A stretch of DNA of 64,000 nt from the IMG/VR virus record IMGVR_UViG_3300033153_016035, positions 1-64,000 of that record; one strand, 5' to 3'. The position numbers were made by a program, and so were the translations under genes. The notes under the pieces were generated by a model. It saw only the letters and a list, made by a program, of their open reading frames with translations. It searched no databases and was not told where the DNA came from. This DNA is from a virus. Positions 45,466-56,100 of this stretch are shown piece after piece. Every line of letters starts with the position of its first letter. Position 1 is the stretch's first letter.

Positions 45466-46147
45466 CCTTCTTCGTTACAACAGGACCAAAAGCTTTACGC
45501 ATTAAATAGACTAACATAGCTATCGTATACTCTATAGGGGTTACAACACCGTACTGTGCAAAGGCGCGTATCCAACGTGGGCCACTAAAAGGGTTTATAG
45601 AATAAACAAAAAGTCTCCATCTAAAAGCCCAGTTCCGTTTACTAGCATCTTTTAGATCTGCTTCACTGGCCGTGTAACCCAGAGCATTGGCCATCATATC
45701 CAACTCATCTTCTGTACGAAGTTTCTCAAAGTATTTGTATGTCCATAGACCCTTTCGCCCCACTTGGAGTTCTTCACCGGCTTTATATAATTTCCGCAGT
45801 GCCGTTCGGGACAAGTTTACTAAATAGGAGTCAGAGGGCAATTTGGCTTTTGGCGGAGGAGGTAAAAACAGCTTCCGCATAAAATTGAAAATAGCCCTTC
45901 GTTCCTCAAGTGGCAATACTGAACTACTTGAAAAATCTTCAAATATGGCTTGCCAGTAGATGGCCCGGTCCTCATATTTAGTACCCCGAACAACCTCTAC
46001 CAACCGCTGTGTGATTGGCCGAAGAGCCGCTGGGTCAGTACTACAACATTTTGGGACAACATCCCGCACATGGCCATTTACCTCAGTTATATGAACCTTC
46101 GCCAACCAGGCATAAAAAGAACGTGCTAGAGCTAAACTATCTACCAT
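45428..46147 (-). CDS. Hypothetical protein (head/neck cluster)
   Basis: 239-aa ORF between the gp13-like and gp14-like genes. Confidence 0.7.
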   Translation of the reverse strand: MVDSLALARSFYAWLAKVHITEVNGHVRDVVPKCCSTDPAALRPITQRLVEVVRGTKYEDRAIYWQAIFEDFSSSSVLPLEERRAIFNFMRKLFLPPPPKAKLPSDSYLVNLSRTALRKLYKAGEELQVGRKGLWTYKYFEKLRTEDELDMMANALGYTASEADLKDASKRNWAFRWRLFVYSINPFSGPRWIRAFAQYGVVTPIEYTIAMLVYLMRKAFGPVVTKKVVDDIFQSDKNT

Positions 46148-46152
46148 TTTTT

Positions 46153-46884
46153 CTATCCAAATATGGGTCGTGGTGGCAAGTGTCGGAGATTCCGATCTAA
46201 CTTTTCTTCCAGTTCTTTAACAGCAGCATTTCCCTCAGAGCGAAGCTCGCCGGCATCGGTAGAAATATTTCCCTGGGCCGCCGGGATAGCGCCAAATTTA
46301 CCCAGGATGCGTGCCAGAACTTTTTTTGTGTAACCTACCGCGCCGTCTAAGAAATCCACTTCTAGGTGAAATGGTATTTCCTCAACCTTTAAAGGAACTA
46401 GAAGCAAGGCCGTGGCTCGAACGCCGTCGTAAGACTTTGTATTTATAAAAAGCGTGCGAGACGGGCTGTCCCATTTCCACATAGGGCCAGACCCTAAAAA
46501 GTGGTCATACCTATCGGCAGCAACCAGTTGACTATAAATTCTACGTGGGGAACGCACGCCATAAATGCCGTGGAACGGGAAGAAATGTCGATGACCGGGG
46601 CTAAAAGTAGACTCACTGTCTTTCATAAACTTAACGTCTTTGACATTTACGCCCAACTCCACCTCTTCCGACAGGTCAAAATTCTGTTCCCCGACCAAAA
46701 GTCCTAAAGGACGCCACCGCCAAACAGGACGATATTTGTTAAAAAGAGTAAGCGTTCTCCAAATAGCGTGATCTATGGAGGGTTCGTCCAGTTCGACGTT
46801 CCACTGTGCTCCACCTAAACTTAAATAGATCCTGTCACGCCATTCAGCCAGGGTCTTCGGCTGTGCCCACGTAAGGTAGTCCAT
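46153..46884 (-). CDS. Head-tail adaptor / neck protein (T4 gp13-like)
   Basis: IYLSLGGAQWNVELDEPSIDHAI..L parallels the gp13 N-terminus; also K.LA.I.GKF...P...G.I...A..L..EG. Confidence 0.85.
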   Translation of the reverse strand: MDYLTWAQPKTLAEWRDRIYLSLGGAQWNVELDEPSIDHAIWRTLTLFNKYRPVWRWRPLGLLVGEQNFDLSEEVELGVNVKDVKFMKDSESTFSPGHRHFFPFHGIYGVRSPRRIYSQLVAADRYDHFLGSGPMWKWDSPSRTLFINTKSYDGVRATALLLVPLKVEEIPFHLEVDFLDGAVGYTKKVLARILGKFGAIPAAQGNISTDAGELRSEGNAAVKELEEKLDRNLRHLPPRPIFG

Positions 46885-47324
46885 TACCGGTTCTCTTCCT
46901 CTCGTTTAAGGCGGTGAGCCTCTTGTACCCATTCGGGGACAATTTCCCCAATTCGTTCGCGCCGAGTTCCCTCCAGTGCCTGAAGGTGGACTTTTGTCAA
47001 TTTATAACACAGTTGAAGTCCTTCCAGCCGCTCTTTGGACACAAGCCTCCTAAAATATTCCCCTTTAGCCCGGTCGCCCATAAGAAGTCGAACTGAAGGC
47101 TTTGCGGGCCGACAGATCAATTTTGGGTTTTCTTCCACATTGATAATAATATCTTCTGCGCACCGTTTGGGTTCCAGTTCGTAGAGAACTTGATCTGCTA
47201 TCTCACCTTGGACCCCTTCCAGTACTGCTGTTGCTTGATCCAAAATACTATCTTCCTTTTTCTTACTCTTAGAATCACCCATTCTCAACACCTTTCTTAA
47301 TTGAGGATGGGCGCGTTGGCCCAT
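46884..47324 (-). CDS. Hypothetical protein
   Basis: 146-aa ORF downstream of the MCP gene, AGGGG before the ATG. Confidence 0.6.
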   Translation of the reverse strand: MGQRAHPQLRKVLRMGDSKSKKKEDSILDQATAVLEGVQGEIADQVLYELEPKRCAEDIIINVEENPKLICRPAKPSVRLLMGDRAKGEYFRRLVSKERLEGLQLCYKLTKVHLQALEGTRRERIGEIVPEWVQEAHRLKREEENR

Positions 47325-47350
47325 CCCCCTGTTTAATGTGACGATTTGTC

Positions 47351-48790
47351 TTACAGGTTGATGACTTCAATTCGTCCCAGCATCTCGGGGTTTATCACAT
47401 GGATAACGTACTCAGTGAGGAGTGCGGTATCTTTGTGGAATGCCTTCACATGGACTGGGGCTTTATACAGCGGTATGTACATACCTATGATTGCCGCCGT
47501 GTTGATTATCTCGTTGCCCCGGTAAGACAAAACAGCGGAACCAGGCTTGAAAGTCGGATCACAAATACAGGTCAAACCGTGGTTGGTAAGGGTTCCCGCC
47601 ATTTTCGGACCGGCAAGCGCATCGGTACCACCGGGAGCCCCTTCGCCCTGGAAGCCCTTGGTATACTGAAACAGAAACCAAATGTCTGGCGCAAAGATAC
47701 ACACATTGGGGCGTACTCTTTGCGTGTTTTGCCAAATTTCATTTTGGAGTCTGGTTATAAGGATACCAAAGGAATCAATGTGCTCCTGGTAGGAAATGCC
47801 TGCGGGGTTGGTGTTGTCGAATATAATCGACCCACCCCGTGCCACCCGGTACAGATGTCGTACAACATGTTTGAACTTCTCTGCCATGATGATTTTGGCA
47901 CCAGCATCCATGATGGTTGGTTCTGCGTCGACACCCCAATCGTTGAGCAGGTCAAATACCGATTGCTGACTCCATTGCGTCGCGATAGCTCTCGGGCGTG
48001 CCTCGACGGTGACGCTCCGTAAGGAGATACCATACTTCGGTAGTTCGGTGGCTGCTTCAATATTATAGGTATATGTGGTGGTTACCGGTCCGGACGTGGC
48101 GCCGGAGAAGACGCAGGAAAATTCCCCCGTCAGGTAGTTCACTGTGTTACTGAAACCGGGAGCCGGGGCGCCTACATCACCGACCAGATTGCCGTTACGA
48201 TCATCACGGATCACCAAGGTTCCGTCGGTTATCAGAACGGAATCTGGCACCGCTGGAAGGTACTCAAGTGTACTGGTGTACTGCGTGGATCCCGCCGCTC
48301 CGATGGGCTCCTCCTTAACTTCTTCTGAGGAAAAGTCGTCGGAACCATAAAAACCCCTAAGGGCGTCGAACATTCGTTGGCCAGAGGGAAGCTTCCCTTT
48401 ACTCCTTTCTGTCTGTATATCCAGATAGTGGATACGTCCAGATCTGTTTTGGAGCGGTTGCTCGGAGATAACCTTGTCGGTCAAATCATCTGCGTTGGAC
48501 GCCGATATTAAAGCCAGACCCGTCTTAATCCACTTGGGCAGATCAGCACGGGAAGTTTCTTGCAGATTCATGGTTTTACGAACAAAGTTTTCACAGAGAA
48601 TGGCAGTCTTAGTCTTTACGAACTCATCGGGATCTTCCCCCAAGGGCTCCAGCACATTTATAGGCTTGTCTATGCCTAAATCAGTCAACGTGAACCTCTC
48701 GTAGCTTTCTACAAGTTTTCTGTTGGCCGATACAAATTGATCGACGGTAAAGGGGGAATCCGCATTCCGTCTATTGGTTGATTTTAACAT
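47351..48790 (-). CDS. Major capsid protein (T4 gp23-like)
   Basis: SEQPL...SG.I.YL, VTVEARPRA...WS.....DL....GVDAE and YIPL motifs. ATG 48790 follows GAGGAG; the ORF-track start 48940 overlaps the protease gene. Confidence 0.93.
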   Translation of the reverse strand: MLKSTNRRNADSPFTVDQFVSANRKLVESYERFTLTDLGIDKPINVLEPLGEDPDEFVKTKTAILCENFVRKTMNLQETSRADLPKWIKTGLALISASNADDLTDKVISEQPLQNRSGRIHYLDIQTERSKGKLPSGQRMFDALRGFYGSDDFSSEEVKEEPIGAAGSTQYTSTLEYLPAVPDSVLITDGTLVIRDDRNGNLVGDVGAPAPGFSNTVNYLTGEFSCVFSGATSGPVTTTYTYNIEAATELPKYGISLRSVTVEARPRAIATQWSQQSVFDLLNDWGVDAEPTIMDAGAKIIMAEKFKHVVRHLYRVARGGSIIFDNTNPAGISYQEHIDSFGILITRLQNEIWQNTQRVRPNVCIFAPDIWFLFQYTKGFQGEGAPGGTDALAGPKMAGTLTNHGLTCICDPTFKPGSAVLSYRGNEIINTAAIIGMYIPLYKAPVHVKAFHKDTALLTEYVIHVINPEMLGRIEVINL

Positions 48791-48818
48791 ATCTACTCCT
48801 CGTTTTTTCCAACGGACT

Positions 48819-50819
48819 TCACTTTTTGCGCTTACGATGCTTCGCAAGCCTACCAAATATATTGTCAGAGGGCGCGGGGCCGTCGGAGACGGTAACCGCT
48901 TGGGGTTGTGGTGGCAATTCCGGGGGCATGAAGGCTTCATTTAAATCCAAAGGAACTTGCAGTCCCACTTCATCGAAACTAGAAATAGCACCACTGGAGA
49001 TGGGTTCGTGAACTTTTCCCTTGTTACCCTTTCGGTTACTAGGAGAAGATTCGTTTAAAGCTTTTAAAAAAGCTCCTGCGGTTTCTTGTAGACTCGGAAG
49101 AGTCTTACATTTACTAAGAAATCCCTTGAACTTAACCAATTCCTTGCACTCTTTTAGAAGCCTTCCAAGTTCCACCTTGGTAAGTTCCTCTTCAAACATG
49201 CCGACCATTTCCTGGTTAATCATACGGAGATTTCCATTATCTGTGATTAGACTGTGAGCAGTCTTTTTGAGTGTCTGGATCTCCTCATTCAAATCATGAA
49301 TAACTTGATCCCTGGCCCGTATACTCCCACTGTACCCTTCCGGCACAGAAATATCAGGCTCTACTTCTTCTGCTTCTTCGGGGAAGTCTTCTGGTTCTTC
49401 GGGGATATCCCCCATTTCAACAGGCATTCCCTGGCCGCTTAACATCAATGAGTTTATCTGCGCCTTGGCCCCTTCCGGGTCATTGGCGACGGCCACCTTA
49501 ATGCACAACTTGTCACCCACCCAGAAGGTGTCTATAGACTTGACATTATCCTCCAGGGCACTCTGGATAAGATTTAAAAGGTTTTCTGATTCCTCACCCA
49601 CACGGAAAATATTTATTTTCTTACGGGTCGCGTCCGATAGACTTGTCAAAGGAAAGGAACACTCTACCGTATGGCTTATATCACCATCATTATCTGAAAC
49701 AGTCTCCGGCGGGGCTTCTGGTAATACTTCTGGAGCGGGCACCGAGTCTTCGGGGGCCGGTACTGTTTCCGCACGCTCTGCGGCATCTTTTGCTTTCTCT
49801 GCGGCGGCCTGCGCAATATTTGCTGCTGCTGCCGCCCCCTCTGGGGTACTAGCCTGCTTTGCCACCTTTAAGGCGGCTTCGGCCTCTCCGGCGGCTATAG
49901 TGGCTTGTGCTGCGGCGGCCTCAGTCTCGGCGGTATTGCCGTCAGTGCCAACTACGGCCGCAGCTTTTACGGCGGCTCCTTGCGCCTTCTCAGCCGCTGC
50001 CCGCGCAGCGTTAGCGGCGGCTTCAGCAGTTTCTACAAGATTCACCTTCCAATTTTTATAGATTTTACGTTTCATTTTGATTGCCTCATCAAGTAATCGT
50101 AGCCCCATTTTGATACTGTCTTGGGGGGTCAGGAGGTGGTTTCCCATGAAGACTAAATCATTATACCGACCCTCCCAAGTATCGTTCCACCCCTCGACGG
50201 TGCATTCTTCTTGTAGACCCCGTATCTGCACTTGCAGTTTTGCCGCTTGCTCTTGTTCTTTTAAGTCTTCCGGAGATTTTGCCCGGAGTTTTTCTTGGAG
50301 ACTTTCGTGTAGAAACGCTCCTGGCGTTGAGGGTTCAGCCACCAGGTCAAATGTTTCTGGCACGAAATCCTCTTGGACTTCATCTATTCCCTCAGCATTG
50401 CGGCGAACACTACCACGGGCGCGGGAGGAGATCCCTACGGATAAGCCATCCCGTAAAAGCGCTTTTGCCGTTTGTCCGGTGAGTGTACTGAGTGTTTCTA
50501 TTGAGCCATGAACTTCTCCGTTCTCCCGTAGAGAAATATTGGTTATGACAATAGCCGCTTCTTTTAAATGACTTTTTCCGTCTGCCGGGTGCTCCAGGTG
50601 GCCAAACACTCTCCAGGACTTTATGGCCTGCATAAAGTCGCTATTTGGGCTACAGTGTTGCTCCCAAACGCGTCTAGGATAAATTCTTCCATTGCGATTT
50701 TTTACGTCGCAGTGCTGAAATTTCCCTGAAACCCGTATTCTTCCGTCTGGAAGTTCCTCGATGGACTCTCTCAGCGTCCCGGACAAGGGAATGGAATCTG
50801 TTAACAGTTGTCTTGACAT
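48819..50819 (-). CDS. Prohead protease (T4 gp21-like) fused to scaffold-like C-terminal region
   Basis: NRNGRIYP, GHLEHP, GISSRA.GS and FDLVAEPSTPGA motifs, then ~480 aa of Ala-rich, acidic and coiled-coil sequence. ATG 50819 follows GGAG. Confidence 0.93.
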   Translation of the reverse strand: MSRQLLTDSIPLSGTLRESIEELPDGRIRVSGKFQHCDVKNRNGRIYPRRVWEQHCSPNSDFMQAIKSWRVFGHLEHPADGKSHLKEAAIVITNISLRENGEVHGSIETLSTLTGQTAKALLRDGLSVGISSRARGSVRRNAEGIDEVQEDFVPETFDLVAEPSTPGAFLHESLQEKLRAKSPEDLKEQEQAAKLQVQIRGLQEECTVEGWNDTWEGRYNDLVFMGNHLLTPQDSIKMGLRLLDEAIKMKRKIYKNWKVNLVETAEAAANAARAAAEKAQGAAVKAAAVVGTDGNTAETEAAAAQATIAAGEAEAALKVAKQASTPEGAAAAANIAQAAAEKAKDAAERAETVPAPEDSVPAPEVLPEAPPETVSDNDGDISHTVECSFPLTSLSDATRKKINIFRVGEESENLLNLIQSALEDNVKSIDTFWVGDKLCIKVAVANDPEGAKAQINSLMLSGQGMPVEMGDIPEEPEDFPEEAEEVEPDISVPEGYSGSIRARDQVIHDLNEEIQTLKKTAHSLITDNGNLRMINQEMVGMFEEELTKVELGRLLKECKELVKFKGFLSKCKTLPSLQETAGAFLKALNESSPSNRKGNKGKVHEPISSGAISSFDEVGLQVPLDLNEAFMPPELPPQPQAVTVSDGPAPSDNIFGRLAKHRKRKK

Positions 50820-51090
50820 TTTTATTCTCCACCACGGCGCACTCTCCCGATTGGGGTTTGTACGCAATTACCCCATGCATCCGTATCATATCAAAAAGAT
50901 TCAGTCCGTCTTTTTGCTTTATAACGTATTCAGTGTCTGCGGCACTATCAAAAGATAGGTTGTAGGTATTGCTATCGCTAAAGTCAGCATTAGGTATTTG
51001 CAAAATCATTTTACTCCCCCTACGAGGATTATAATGAAAACAAACCACCTGGTAGTCTTCCAGCTTTGGAAGTTTTAAAGTCCTACTCAT
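50674..51090 (-). CDS. Hypothetical protein
   Basis: Starts at an ATGA overlap with the upstream stop; its 3' part overlaps the protease gene. Confidence 0.55.
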   Translation of the reverse strand: MSRTLKLPKLEDYQVVCFHYNPRRGSKMILQIPNADFSDSNTYNLSFDSAADTEYVIKQKDGLNLFDMIRMHGVIAYKPQSGECAVVENKNVKTTVNRFHSLVRDAERVHRGTSRRKNTGFREISALRRKKSQWKNLS

Positions 51091-51923
51091 CTATCCATTT
51101 TCCAATCCACATCATACTCAGAGTGTTCTACCAAGTCATCCGATGAATGCTCATAACCTGCTGTCAGGCCCCCCGCCGCCGGTATAAAGTCAGGCGAGAA
51201 ACTAAGTTTAATCTCCCCGGTAACGTAGTTTACAGAGTCGTCTACACTGCCCAATCGAAGATTAGGGGGAAGGGCAATCAATTTCCCTTTACCATTATCA
51301 CGAATAACATCAGCACCGCCTATGCCTGGTACTGTTATTTTAAGAGAACCCGGACATATTGGGGCATTAGCAAGAGTCTTCAAGAAATATACTTTCACCC
51401 CGTCACCGGTTCCTATGCCCTCGGTCGCTACAGTTGTATCATATGTCCTTCGTAAACGAAACAGCGGCTTATCTAAAGTCTTAACAGGGGTGCCGGTGGC
51501 AGAAATTATAATAGCTGTAATGGTGTCGGTCATTGGCGAGAATGATAGTTTATGCGCGGTTATGTGTGCTGTGTCGCCAGATACGGCTAGTCCAGTACTA
51601 AGCCACTGTACCCCGGTATAAACTTTTATTGTTCGTCGCGACACGGCATGGTAGTAGGTCATATGCCCGCCGGCGCCCTCTGTTTCAAATAGGACAAATT
51701 CGCGCCCATAATGGACAAAAGGCTGCGGTGGTTCAGCTCGTTCTAGTAACAAGGCCGTGTTATCTTTGTTAGTTTTATTTCGTCTGACCCGAAGGACTAA
51801 CGGAGTGTATCCGGCAACTGGGTGTAGGGGTATACCTTTATCGTACAAGTCGAAAAAGCCGACGTAAGGTTTGTCTGCGGGCAACCTGTCCTGCTTGTGA
51901 AGCGTATCTAGTAGTCCTCGCAT
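51087..51923 (-). CDS. Putative virion protein with PGS/DDG module
   Basis: AGGAG RBS; C-terminal GTGDG...PICPGS...DNGKG...VNYVTGE module. Confidence 0.7.
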   Translation of the reverse strand: MRGLLDTLHKQDRLPADKPYVGFFDLYDKGIPLHPVAGYTPLVLRVRRNKTNKDNTALLLERAEPPQPFVHYGREFVLFETEGAGGHMTYYHAVSRRTIKVYTGVQWLSTGLAVSGDTAHITAHKLSFSPMTDTITAIIISATGTPVKTLDKPLFRLRRTYDTTVATEGIGTGDGVKVYFLKTLANAPICPGSLKITVPGIGGADVIRDNGKGKLIALPPNLRLGSVDDSVNYVTGEIKLSFSPDFIPAAGGLTAGYEHSSDDLVEHSEYDVDWKMDR

Positions 51924-51946
51924 TCAGTTTCTCCTTTTTTGATCCT

Positions 51947-51996
51947 TGTCCTACTTAGTTAAAGGACAGGTATTTCAATGACCCCTATGGGGTCAT
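51947..51996. other. Two intergenic hairpins
   Basis: tgtcct/aggaca (51947-51968) and atgacccc-tat-ggggtcat (51978-51996). Confidence 0.45.
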
Positions 51997-52002
51997 CGAC
52001 TC

Positions 52003-52758
52003 CTACGCATTGTGATACGGATAATCGTCTATTTCACCTTTTATGATGGGGAGAGAAACTTCCTCATCGTTACCGTGGTAGTGGATACACAGACCAAGAA
52101 CCGTCTCAGGGTCGCTGGAGGTCTTCTTTTTAGCCACGAAGCCTATTTCCTGCTCATCAAAAGACATACCCTTCAGGATATTTTCCGTTCTGGTACTGTC
52201 ACCCTTGACTACGTAGTGCTGATAGCCTCCGGCCTTAACCAGATCGAAGGTGACGTTGGTGGTAAACTGCGTCCAATTAGTGTGACGATACCCCGTTGTC
52301 ACGGCCAAGGTGACTGCAACCTGGAATGAGAAATCCACAATTGCATCATCGTAGTTGATCGTGCCGACCAGGATAGGGTACGCGGGCCCGGCGGGACCAT
52401 TTGTCTGCCACAATTTGCCGTCGTTGTTGGAGTCTTCAATGCGCTGAGGCACACCGACATTTGTATCCACAATAACTACCGAACCTGGTTTTATTCGACG
52501 CTGCGCCAACTTCCCACGGAAGCGGTCGGTGGCCGCTACACGAAGGGCATTGATGTTTTCGGCCACTATCGGATATTCCCGCCCGCGTTTGAGTAGGGTA
52601 AAGGTAACGTCTCCTCTCCCTTTATTGTTCAGCTCAAAACTATTTAGCCGCATTACTCCTGCTCTGTTAAACCGTGCGAGTACAATATCAGAAGTGGAAT
52701 TGACTCCTAGAGTGGTAAGTTCTGCGGTCCTGTCTTGGTATTCAGCCATCCCAATCAT
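52003..52758 (-). CDS. Putative virion protein with PGS/DDG module
   Basis: AGGAG RBS; IKPGSV...DSNNDGKL...GTINY module. Confidence 0.7.
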   Translation of the reverse strand: MIGMAEYQDRTAELTTLGVNSTSDIVLARFNRAGVMRLNSFELNNKGRGDVTFTLLKRGREYPIVAENINALRVAATDRFRGKLAQRRIKPGSVVIVDTNVGVPQRIEDSNNDGKLWQTNGPAGPAYPILVGTINYDDAIVDFSFQVAVTLAVTTGYRHTNWTQFTTNVTFDLVKAGGYQHYVVKGDSTRTENILKGMSFDEQEIGFVAKKKTSSDPETVLGLCIHYHGNDEEVSLPIIKGEIDDYPYHNA

Positions 52759-52767
52759 GACTTCTCC

Positions 52768-53094
52768 TTAATCTAATACGGTTACTTGTCCATTTCTGAA
52801 CCGGACTACGTGTACGTCCAGGAGGACGTTTCCTTGAGCAAAGAGTGCAACGAGCCGTTTGTTCGAGACGACTATTTGCCCATCACTTTGACCTGGGGGA
52901 ATCGACTTTGATGTCCCTACGATGGTTGCCCAGGTGGAACCATCATCACTCTCCACATACTCTATCGCCGCCGATAAACCTGTATCTTTATTCTCGACGA
53001 CAAAGTAGGGGGAGATGGAATCGTTGTTATGCACCTGGATGATGCGTACCCCGATTCCGGGTGCAAGTAGACTCTGTGAATTTGGATTTAACAT
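52768..53094 (-). CDS. Small beta-rich hypothetical protein (possible head decoration)
   Basis: 108-aa ORF with ESDDGSTW motif, located in the head cluster. Confidence 0.6.
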   Translation of the reverse strand: MLNPNSQSLLAPGIGVRIIQVHNNDSISPYFVVENKDTGLSAAIEYVESDDGSTWATIVGTSKSIPPGQSDGQIVVSNKRLVALFAQGNVLLDVHVVRFRNGQVTVLD

Positions 53095-53104
53095 GGTGGA
53101 ACCT

Positions 53105-56100
53105 TTATTTCGTGGATTTTATGATGATGTCTATTACTTCATCAACCTCTCTCGTAGTCAAACCGCGTTGCTCCGTTAAAACAATTCGACCCAATTTAGC
53201 TAAGTTATGAGACTCTATGAGGGTTTTAATGTCGTATTTCCGTAGAATGTCCCCGGCTATTGACTCAGTTTTCTTTTCCTCTTTTTCTGGCTCCGCTGGT
53301 TCTTCCGTTGGGGGCTCTGCCGCTTTTTCCGGCTCTACCGGTTCCTCAGGCTCCACCTTTTTTTCTGGTTCGACGGGGGTCTCTGGTTCTACAACTGGTT
53401 CTACGGGCGGGGCTGGTGCCTGTTCTTCCTCTTTTGCCTTTGCTTCCGCCGCCGAGGCATCAGGGAATTCTTTCTTAAAGACATCATGCGCCTCGGAGTA
53501 TTGGGCCATAACCTCTTTCATCTCGTTGTAAACATCCGATATTTCTTCTGATAGCTTTTCTAAGGACTTAGCGGTTTTCTTTCCGGAGCCGTCTGCATTC
53601 ATTTGCATTAAGGAAATGATTTTCCCGGACAGCCCTTCAAAATCTACAAGAGCTTTACGTGCGGCCTGAAGCAGCGCCATTCCATCTTCAAAAACCAGAG
53701 CCACCTCATTGGCCTCATCGCCTTGAGGAACCTCCAGTTCTTCAAATAGAAAGGCCGTAGGATTTTTTCTTATAGCCGTCCGGGTGCCTACCATGAATCC
53801 CTGATAGTGCTCACAGATTGCTACCAGTTGCTTTTTCTCCCTGGAGGAAAGCCTGTGAAGTGGGAAGACCGCTACGTTGTCACTAGCATACGCTCCGTAG
53901 GTTTCCAGGAGTGAAAACATATTCGGATCATTCTCCCGTGTCAGGTACACTAACAAGTAGTCGCTTTTTTCATTTATAGCGGTGGAGGGGATACTGGTCA
54001 TAGGCACGGCACCAGCACGACTGTAGAGGCGCCGCCGAGCTATCGCTTTCATGGGTCCACCTCGGCGCATTTCTAAAAGACAGGAGTTAAGGTCAGACCT
54101 TTTAGGTAGTAAGCGTACTCTGTTTGCCGAGAACTTTTTAACCCCATTGGGGGTTACAACCTCACAAACACCACCCCTCTTTGAGGCCAAATACCCCTCA
54201 TATGCCTCGTCCTCTTCCTCCTCGGGAACTCCACTGTTTACTTCAACTGCGGGAATAGGCGGGGCCATCGGAATCGTTATTGAAGGTTCAGGTTCTGGAA
54301 CCGGCACCGGGGCCATCTCTGGTTCATATTCCATTTCCATTTCGGAATCATCCGGCACTACTACATCCGGGATTATTTCTTCTTTAGGAACAACCACGCT
54401 GGCCACTTTTTCGGGTGCGGGGTGGGGTTCGACGTTTGCTGTTTGAACATCTATCACGGCTTGTCCTATAGCATCGTCAGAGGCACCGGGAACAAGTTCC
54501 CTGGCCCGATCTATGGCTATTTCTTCTTCACCCGAGACAAGGGCCCTTGTCGCCTCTTCATCACTTATAAGCTCTTGTTTGACTATTTCCACTTCCGGCT
54601 CTGTCGCTATTGGGTCCAACTCCTCATCTCCTGCGGCAACAATTTTTTCTGCGGCAAGAACGGCGTTGGTCCCCATCATAGTATCGGTGGCTGCTGGACC
54701 GGGTTCTGGTGCTATAGTGACTGGGGGCCCCTCGGGTATTTCGTCTATATCTTCCTGAACGTCTGGTTCCCCATCAGGAACAAAAACCATCCCCCCGGCG
54801 GCGCCTTCCTCATCATCTTCATCATCGGCAGACACTGCCGGTTCTGGGGCCGGTTCCGCGATCTCATCTGGTTCCGGTTCAATTTCAGCCATCATCTCCG
54901 CCTCCCCCTCTTCCTCTGCTTCCAGGAGGTAGGTTCCGGCGGGAGAGATATTATTTAATTGTGCTACTGCAAAACCGATATCAGATGGATGGTAAGCAAA
55001 GGAAGCTGGCATTCGCATGGCTTCCCCCAACGCCTCTCTAAGATTACTAAAGGCGAGGTGACGGATTACTAGGGTATTGTCTACGAGAGTTTCCACGAAG
55101 GGGTGGAGTGGCGCTCTAGTAACAGTCTTTATGGTACAAAGGAGATTACTTTTACGTACTGGTAGCCTTTGTGCTATCAGTTGCAGTGTCCCTGTGGCGG
55201 ACTCACTGAGCTTAATATCCGCAAAGGGAAGTTCACACTCAAAAAGATGGATAGACTTCCGCAGGCCCATAAACCGCTTTAGTTTCGACGCGGCCAAGAT
55301 CTTTTGGTGTGCCTCCACTACGTGGATTCCGTGTGTTTGACGCAGGCGGCGAAGGTTCTTCTTGTAAGTATTCTCTAATTGGTCCCACTTCCGATCCATT
55401 TTTTGGTTGACACGTTTAAACTCTTTTTCATAACGCTTTTCCACTTTAGCAACAGCAACTGGATCTTGATTTACCGCAATCTCCCGCCGCTTCTTTGCCG
55501 AAATATCCAGCTCCATGCGCTGGCGCCAGGTATCCAGATCTTCACGATCTAAGGTCATCTTCTTGCGAAGTTCCTTTTTAGCCTTTCGGTAGTCGGTGAC
55601 TTCGTAGAGGTAGGACTCGTCCTCGGTGTCTAGGGACTCAGACTTACGACGCATAAGGGTGTCCATTTTACCGATGACTCGTTTTATTTTGTTAACGGCC
55701 TGTCCATAATAGTACTCCTCCGCCTGTTCTTTCGGCTTCTTAGTTACCTTCATATTGTGTTTTGTGATACTCATTGCGTTACTAAGCCGACGTCCCAATT
55801 GGTCCGAATCTGTACTCCCAGAAACCGCCCTATCCGCCCAATCATAGAGCCACTGCGCCTCCTCTTTCTTAGTTTTAAACTTCTTTTTGGCGTATGACGC
55901 AGGCATTTTCCTCTCTATGATTGCTATAGACTCATTCTTCTTTTTCTTCTCTTCCTCATCCTCTTCCTCAGGGACCACGGTCTCGTCCTCTTCCTCCTCT
56001 TCTTCCTCAGGTTTCTTTTCAGGCTCTTCCGGCTTTTCCTCTTCCGGCTTTTCTTCCTCAGGTTTCTCGGGTTCTGTAGGAGCGGCCGGTTCCTCTGGCT

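Noticed and set aside
48791-48940. N-terminal extensions in the ORF track for MCP (also recA 8365-8514, ssb 14260-14340, and 6375-6542)
   Set aside because: They overlap upstream genes or a promoter, and downstream starts give better RBS context or cleaner gene junctions.
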